64,000 bases of DNA from an uncultured virus (IMG/VR IMGVR_UViG_3300049448_000779) (Duplodnaviria > Heunggongvirae > Uroviricota > Caudoviricetes), in the IMG/VR virus record IMGVR_UViG_3300049448_000779. One strand, 5' to 3'. Position numbers and translations under genes: made by a program. Numbering within the stretch: the stretch's first letter is position 1; every line of letters starts with the position of its first letter. Below, piece by piece: positions 58,886 through 64,000 of the stretch. The notes under the pieces are model-generated. The model did no database searches. It was given only the letters and a program-made list of their open reading frames with translations, and was not told the DNA's origin.

Positions 58886-59566
58886 ATGGCCAGGTCCAAG
58901 ACACTCACCCCTATGCGTGTACGTGACGCAGTCGAAAGACTGACCCCAAAACCCGGCGCCATAGTAGCCATCAAAGACGCAGTAGTTAGGTTGACCGATG
59001 CAGGCATCGCGGTCGTGAACCGCAAGGGAGCGCCCTTCGATGATGAGCGAGCGAAACATAGTATTTCTAATTACCTACACAACGGCAAACGCAAGCGGGA
59101 GTTCAAGGCCTTGGGTGATGGCCGCTACGAGCGCTTGACGGAGCCACGATACGTTCCGTTTGCGAGTCGTATAGCTGACTCACGGCCGAAAGAGAATGTT
59201 CGTAGGAAGACGTCGAAGAAGCAGATACCAGTCGCAACAACAACTTTCACCGTGGCGACTAGCACCTTAGGCATTCAAACTCTCCACGAAGTTGGGAGGC
59301 ACGTCTATGACCTACGCTACGCTCAGAGACGTGCCGAGATGGAGGCGATCATTCGAGCCCAGTTAGCCATAGCCGATCACAAAATCAACGAGGGCCTCTG
59401 GGACATGATCCAAGAGATCATTAGGGGTCTAGCTGAGAACAGCACGTACGTCCTAGACCGTGACGATCGGGCTCAGGAACAGGAACAACTTGAAGCTGAC
59501 GCTGCTGCTCAAGAGGCTGTGGACTCTCGACAAGAACCAAACGTCATGAAGTTCGTCGGCCGATAA
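58886..59566 (+). CDS. putative winged-helix (HARE-HTH-like) protein
   Basis: SISNYL...EFKALGDGRYE. Confidence 0.5.
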   Translation: MARSKTLTPMRVRDAVERLTPKPGAIVAIKDAVVRLTDAGIAVVNRKGAPFDDERAKHSISNYLHNGKRKREFKALGDGRYERLTEPRYVPFASRIADSRPKENVRRKTSKKQIPVATTTFTVATSTLGIQTLHEVGRHVYDLRYAQRRAEMEAIIRAQLAIADHKINEGLWDMIQEIIRGLAENSTYVLDRDDRAQEQEQLEADAAAQEAVDSRQEPNVMKFVGR

Positions 59567-61145
59567 GGCCCCATAGCAGACCTGCGATTGCGCGGATAGG
59601 TGTAGTAGTCTCGTGTTTCGGCGGCGCAATGACGCGGGCCTGCGGTGCCGGAGTAGGCAGGGCAAAAACTGGCTCTACGGGTAAGCTCGCGGAGCCTACA
59701 GCACTGATCGTCTCGACCAGCTGGTCGTGCGTCATGGTCATGCTCAACTGGTCGTGCGTCAGGATCATGCTCAACTGAGCGCGCTTCGATTCGCGAGGTT
59801 TTCGGCGCTGGCGTGCCATCCGCCGCGGCAGCTCCGCTTTGAGGTTAGTTGATCTAGCGGCGGATGGTTTCGGCATGGCATCAACGTCTAGTTTAGTCAG
59901 CGCCTTCGATGCCAGTTCGTCGCGCCAGGTTTGGTCAGCGCAGATTTTCTGCCGTTTCGCCTCCGTTAATTTCGAACAGTCGAGAATCATCAAGACGGGC
60001 GGAGTCAGGGTCGGAGGACGCGCTGCAGATGCGATCGTCTGGTCCCCACACACGAACAGTACCGGCTCACGCGGACGACAATAGTCTCGCAACACATCAT
60101 TGCCTGTGTTTTTGAGCGCGCTCTTGTAAAACGCGTATCGGCGAATCTCGACTGGGTCTCCACCCACGTTGCACCTGGCGGAGCTGCAGTAGACTTCCCC
60201 GCGCTCTTTGAGTCTATCTAGCCGATGCAGGGCTCCGACTGCCAGCCTAGCCTGCGTACGCGGTACATCTAGACCGAGTTCGTGGTAGGCGACCGGAACG
60301 GGAAAACTCAGACGCGGAAGGACCCGGTCAAGCGCGCCTTGAACGCTTCTCTCCTTGAATCCATTGTAGAGCTTCCCCTCAAAGCCGGTGAAGCGGACCA
60401 AGGTGCCCACTGGAAACTGGTCCACCGCTACTGAGAGCTGCGGCACCAAGCCGTCTTCAGCCACGAGGAAGTGGTAGCGATCCCCCTTGGGACCGCGAAG
60501 ACGTTTGACGGCCGTAAGAGAGACAAGTGGGCTACCTTTGCGCCGACTCGCAACGAGTGTGAGCGGCGCATGCATGTAGCTAGGGCGAGCCGACAAGCTC
60601 TGCTTGATGGTCCAGGGACCTGCCTCGAAGGGTTCGAAGACATCCAAGAGAAAATGCCGATCAATCCCCACCCCGAAGTCCCTCACATCCAGAACATTGA
60701 ATTGCTGATGTGCTTTGCGCTGCGCGAAGTTCTCGACACACAGGAACCTCTTGAACTGGTAGTGCGTTTTGGCATTTGGTTCCCCTGGGACGAACGTCGG
60801 GAGCAAGCGCGCAATCGTCTCATCCGGATCAGAATGCCTCGACGCTCCGGTGCCCATCAACCGTTCGAGCGCAGCGTTTTGTGCCCTGACTACTTGGACG
60901 GCCAGAGCCCTATGCGGCGCGTCAGCATCGTCCTCAAAAGCGGCGTCCAGTTGCGGCGTGGGTAGAGGCGCCCAAGACACGCCTCTACCGGCCGCGAAAC
61001 GGTCGACTACGGAGCGCACGTGACTAAGCACATCATAGGGTCCCGTATAGTTCCCCCATGGATAGGGTGCGTCGGATAGAATCGCGTCGAGTAGAGTAGC
61101 TTGAGGCTGTTTCGTACTGGCGTATTCGGCTAATTCGAAGGGCAT
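59544..61145 (-). CDS. degenerate GHKL/HATPase-like protein
   Basis: LDVRDFGVGI and VGTLVRF boxes; N-box region degenerate (QVVRAQNA); start reassigned to MPFELAE behind GGAG. Confidence 0.5.
   Translation of the reverse strand: MPFELAEYASTKQPQATLLDAILSDAPYPWGNYTGPYDVLSHVRSVVDRFAAGRGVSWAPLPTPQLDAAFEDDADAPHRALAVQVVRAQNAALERLMGTGASRHSDPDETIARLLPTFVPGEPNAKTHYQFKRFLCVENFAQRKAHQQFNVLDVRDFGVGIDRHFLLDVFEPFEAGPWTIKQSLSARPSYMHAPLTLVASRRKGSPLVSLTAVKRLRGPKGDRYHFLVAEDGLVPQLSVAVDQFPVGTLVRFTGFEGKLYNGFKERSVQGALDRVLPRLSFPVPVAYHELGLDVPRTQARLAVGALHRLDRLKERGEVYCSSARCNVGGDPVEIRRYAFYKSALKNTGNDVLRDYCRPREPVLFVCGDQTIASAARPPTLTPPVLMILDCSKLTEAKRQKICADQTWRDELASKALTKLDVDAMPKPSAARSTNLKAELPRRMARQRRKPRESKRAQLSMILTHDQLSMTMTHDQLVETISAVGSASLPVEPVFALPTPAPQARVIAPPKHETTTPIRAIAGLLWGLIGRRTS
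59721..59774. repeat. 27-bp tandem duplication (QLSMxxTHD x2)
   Basis: CTGGTCGTGCGTCA(TGG/GGA)TCATGCTCAA twice. Confidence 0.85.
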
Positions 61146-61227
61146 AGATGTGGTCTCCTGATTCTCAACTACACCGAAAACTGAAGAGGCCAAACAGCAT
61201 AGGGCTTGTTCATTGTGACCTTCTTTC

Positions 61228-61575
61228 TTAGGGCCAGTCGATTGTCAGCTCCCCTGTATCCAGGTCAAACTTGACTGGCAAAAGGAACTCGTGCGAGCGG
61301 CCAATCCGGTGGTGCACTTCTTCGAAATCGCGCCCGACTTCTTCGGGCGCGTACGCTTTGCCGTGCTTGCGGATGTTGGCCAGGTGCCGCAGCAGCGTTT
61401 GCAGCTCAGCCGGCAACACGCATTTTACCGGAACCTTCAGGTGGACGACATTCTCGTCTACATGAACTGTCTTGGCCCGCTTCGCCCTAGTAAGCTGCCG
61501 GCGGGCATCCTTGTCGTAGCCAGCCAGCTCGGCCACCCCAAACATCACCTCACCTGCGCGCGTCAGGATCTTCAT
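61228..61575 (-). CDS. hypothetical protein
   Basis: ORF track. Confidence 0.55.
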   Translation of the reverse strand: MKILTRAGEVMFGVAELAGYDKDARRQLTRAKRAKTVHVDENVVHLKVPVKCVLPAELQTLLRHLANIRKHGKAYAPEEVGRDFEEVHHRIGRSHEFLLPVKFDLDTGELTIDWP

Positions 61576-61582
61576 GGGCCAT

Positions 61583-62221
61583 TCAGTCCAAGCCGGTTTT
61601 GAAGATTGACCGCAGTTCTTGCCTCACCATGAGCCGCAGCTCGTGTCGCATGCCGTCTTCCTGCATGACCTCGCGGATCAGCGAGCGCAGCGAGATATCC
61701 CCTGCCCCTGCCCCGGCCCCTGCTGTAGATGCGGCGCGTGTCGCATTGTGCTTCGGGCTCGCAGTCGTATCGCGCCTCGGGCTCGCAGTCGTATCGCGCC
61801 TCGGTCGTGCCGAGGGCTGCTGCTGCTGTCGCTGTTCAAGCGTGAACGTGGCCGCCGTTTTCCGTGGCTCTAGCATCTCGCGTTGGATGTCGCTGGGGGT
61901 CGCTACGCGATAACAACCACGTTCCTCTGACGTGAAGTAATGGACTAAATGACGGTTGCCTTGGGTATCGGTTACAGTCCGCTTGCTGGAGTTCAGCATC
62001 GTCGAAATGTAGGCGCGAAGATTGCCGGACTTAAACGTTTCGCCCGCGGCCGCCAGTGCTGCCTCGACCTCCGGGCCTGTCATGGTTCGATCCTGCATCA
62101 CCGCAGCGAAACGTTGGGGAACAGTCAAGTTCGTCTTTGACTTGACCAACTCGAGCTTGACCTTGGCCTTCACCTTCGGAGGCTTGACCGTACTGCTGGA
62201 TTTTTTCTTTGGCATGGGCAT
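61583..62221 (-). CDS. HARE-HTH-like winged-helix protein
   Basis: MTGPEVEAAL...NLRAYISTMLNS...YFTSEERGCYRVA. Confidence 0.6.
   Translation of the reverse strand: MPMPKKKSSSTVKPPKVKAKVKLELVKSKTNLTVPQRFAAVMQDRTMTGPEVEAALAAAGETFKSGNLRAYISTMLNSSKRTVTDTQGNRHLVHYFTSEERGCYRVATPSDIQREMLEPRKTAATFTLEQRQQQQPSARPRRDTTASPRRDTTASPKHNATRAASTAGAGAGAGDISLRSLIREVMQEDGMRHELRLMVRQELRSIFKTGLD
61753..61800. repeat. 24-bp tandem duplication (PRRDTTAS x2)
   Basis: TCGGGCTCGCAGTCGTATCGCGCC twice. Confidence 0.9.
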
Positions 62222-62432
62222 GGGTTGTTGAGTTTGTAGCGCACCATAGCCACAAATCCCTCGATGTGCAGCAGTCTAGTTGCTCTTGACGTCACCGGCG
62301 TTACCGCTGGAGCGGCTTGCACTTCGTCTGGTCGAACTTCGGGAAGCCCATGAACCCAGCCACTAGAGAAGCTGGGAACTGCTGATAGTAGGTCTTGTAG
62401 ACCCGACCCTTGTCAAGCAGCTCCTTTTGGTC

Positions 62433-62756
62433 TCAAGATGGCCGGCTCAAGGTCAATGGTAGCTTAGCCACCAGGCTCCTCCCCTGCGGGCCGATCACGA
62501 TCGCAGTCAGTTCGTTGTCGCGGTCTGGCTCTCGGAAACGAACCACTGGGATCCAGCGACGTTCGGCGGCGAGAGCCAGTGCCTCGAGATCGGGCTCGCT
62601 AGGAACGGACAGCAGAGCAAGGGTGTTCGAGCTACTGTGCCATTCACTAGAGATCTACGAGAACTCGAAAGCGAACTCAAGCACCGCGTGGCAACTCTGG
62701 ACTGCCTGCTGCCCGGGACTCAAATCTTGGCGAGTCACGACGTAGAGCTTACTCAT
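62433..62756 (-). pseudogene. Pth2-like peptidyl-tRNA hydrolase with one in-frame TAG (62655-62657); pseudogene or readthrough gene
   Basis: Hand translation: MSKLYVVTRQDLSPGQQAVQSCHAVLEFAFEFS*ISSEWHSSSNTLALLSVPSE...FREPDRDNELTAIVIGP...KLPL; absent from ORF track. Confidence 0.8.
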
Positions 62757-63174
62757 CATTGGCTATCGCTTCTTGTTTGAGGCGCTCTTCGTCTGCGAAA
62801 TGCGCCCGCAGCTTCTCGAGTATGTGGTCTGGAGCACCGCGGGCTTTCAAAGTCTTCTCCCAATCCTTGTCAGGGCAATCGAAGTATTCCCAGCTCCGCC
62901 GCTCACCCACGCCAATCTGATGAGGCACTCCGTAAACCTTGCCGTAGGGGGTCTCGACAAAGAGTCGAATGTAAAGCGAAGCGTCTGGGCAACATCCGCA
63001 CGAGTAAGCGATCTCGTAGTGGGTGGCGATGGTGTTGACGCTCGTTGAGCACGAGAATACTCGGCGCCAGCGATCCGTCTCTTGCCTCAGGTCTGGGTAC
63101 AGCTCTAGCAGCCCAGAAAGTCGAGCCGCTTCAGCCTGTGCTGCGTTGATGTCATCCTGGATCGGCATGGCCAT
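62749..63174 (-). CDS. hypothetical protein (SCGCC motif)
   Basis: YPDL...DRWRR, SCGCCPDA. Confidence 0.65.
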   Translation of the reverse strand: MAMPIQDDINAAQAEAARLSGLLELYPDLRQETDRWRRVFSCSTSVNTIATHYEIAYSCGCCPDASLYIRLFVETPYGKVYGVPHQIGVGERRSWEYFDCPDKDWEKTLKARGAPDHILEKLRAHFADEERLKQEAIANDE

Positions 63175-63370
63175 CGGCCTCCTCTAGCTGGGCATAGTAT
63201 GCGTCGGCAAGATCGAAGTGGCTCGCCCTCTCCTCTTGGTCATTCCAGCGGCGCACGACCTGCTCGAATCCTTGTTTCTCCCAATGGCTGCCCATCAAGG
63301 TCCAGCCATGGATTGTGAGATAGGCGATCCGGTGCACTTCCTCGACCGTCAGCCCGCACCGACAGCTCAT
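63152..63370 (-). CDS. hypothetical protein
   Basis: ORF track; overlapping operon. Confidence 0.5.
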   Translation of the reverse strand: MSCRCGLTVEEVHRIAYLTIHGWTLMGSHWEKQGFEQVVRRWNDQEERASHFDLADAYYAQLEEADGHADPG

Positions 63371-63570
63371 GCCACACCTTGGTTGGCTAGCCTTGCCAGC
63401 TGCTCAAACGTGAGTGGCCGCGAGCATCGACACTTGTGGCCTTCGCAGACGGGGCCGCCGAAGTCGCAACACGTGAAGCCGGCCTCAGCCTCGCAATGCC
63501 AGTAGTGATCATCCGGGTCCGTGTGATCCGGGATGTGCGAGTAGTGGCAGCGCGTCACAGTGCGCTCCAA
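63367..63570 (-). CDS. small Cys/His-rich protein
   Basis: ORF track; CCDFGGPVCEGHKCRC. Confidence 0.55.
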   Translation of the reverse strand: MERTVTRCHYSHIPDHTDPDDHYWHCEAEAGFTCCDFGGPVCEGHKCRCSRPLTFEQLARLANQGVA

Positions 63571-64000
63571 AGCCGCGAGAGGTACTGCTGGATCGTCGGA
63601 GTCGAAAGCGACTTAGCATACGCGAATGCCTCCCGCATGCCTTCAGCCGAGTGCTCGAAGAACTTCGATTCGTGCGTCTCGCCATCCAGGAAGATGGTCA
63701 GCTTGACCGGCCCAGTCTTCACGCCCCAGTCGAGGTCGACCGTGAAGCCGTTCGACTTATTGATGATGCGCCGACACCAACGACTCTCCTTGCCAGTGAA
63801 GCCAGGGCACCAGCCCTGGTACGTGATCCCGAGGCTTTCATGGTCTTCCGGGTTGAGGCTCAGGTCCTTCAGTTGCTGCGCGAACTCGAGGTACAGCGGA
63901 TCTGTCGCCTTGAAGTCCTCGCGCCACGCCTCGTGCCGGCGGACGCCTTCGGCTCGCGCGACGCGTCGCTTGCCCTCGGCCTCTGACACCCACATGTTCA
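63555..64000 (-). CDS. hypothetical protein (may extend beyond window)
   Basis: ORF track 63555-63995. Confidence 0.5.
   Translation of the reverse strand, partial: NMWVSEAEGKRRVARAEGVRRHEAWREDFKATDPLYLEFAQQLKDLSLNPEDHESLGITYQGWCPGFTGKESRWCRRIINKSNGFTVDLDWGVKTGPVKLTIFLDGETHESKFFEHSAEGMREAFAYAKSLSTPTIQQYLSRLWSAL

Noticed and set aside
59721..61800. Short coding tandem duplications as a repeat system
   Set aside because: Only two copies each, in frame, in low-complexity tails; ordinary slippage
1..64000. Genome-wide TAG recoding
   Set aside because: Well-conserved genes (map, DNA ligase, ATP-grasp) end at TAG at their expected C-termini; only one in-frame TAG was found

Overview
This 64 kb window is GC-rich, gene-dense and mixed-strand. 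It looks like part of a large (jumbo-type) bacteriophage or provirus genome, probably from a Myxococcota-like host (inference from an SspB of myxobacterial style and a small MLD(S/A)FII protein). No capsid, terminase or cas genes are visible. Main contents: (1) an orphan ~50-repeat CRISPR array (582-4123) whose repeats change in strata and whose spacers mostly read antisense to coding sequence; (2) auxiliary genes for proteostasis, translation and stress (Hsp20, PhoH-PIN, two HslV-like Ntn proteases, MetAP, SspB, ATP-grasp, TerC/TerB-like/TerD-like/vWA, CCA-type nucleotidyltransferase plus a stand-alone HD domain, CoaD fusion, NADAR, three metallophosphoesterases); (3) unrelated effector-like proteins (ART-like, P-loop kinase, HExxH peptidases) sharing a short RV(A/L)xR(F/Y) tag; (4) a vWA / PurA-like ligase / J-domain-kinase operon interrupted by an antisense endonuclease VII; (5) ParB-like protein, DNA ligase, and an xis-att-int-tRNA-Arg module; (6) a methyltransferase / wHTH / degenerate GHKL block; (7) a Pth2-like gene with an in-frame TAG and an atypical tRNA that may carry a CUA anticodon. 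A GGTGTA motif recurs in front of more than 20 genes, often exactly 9 nt before the ATG. All calls are by eye from motifs; no database searches were run.
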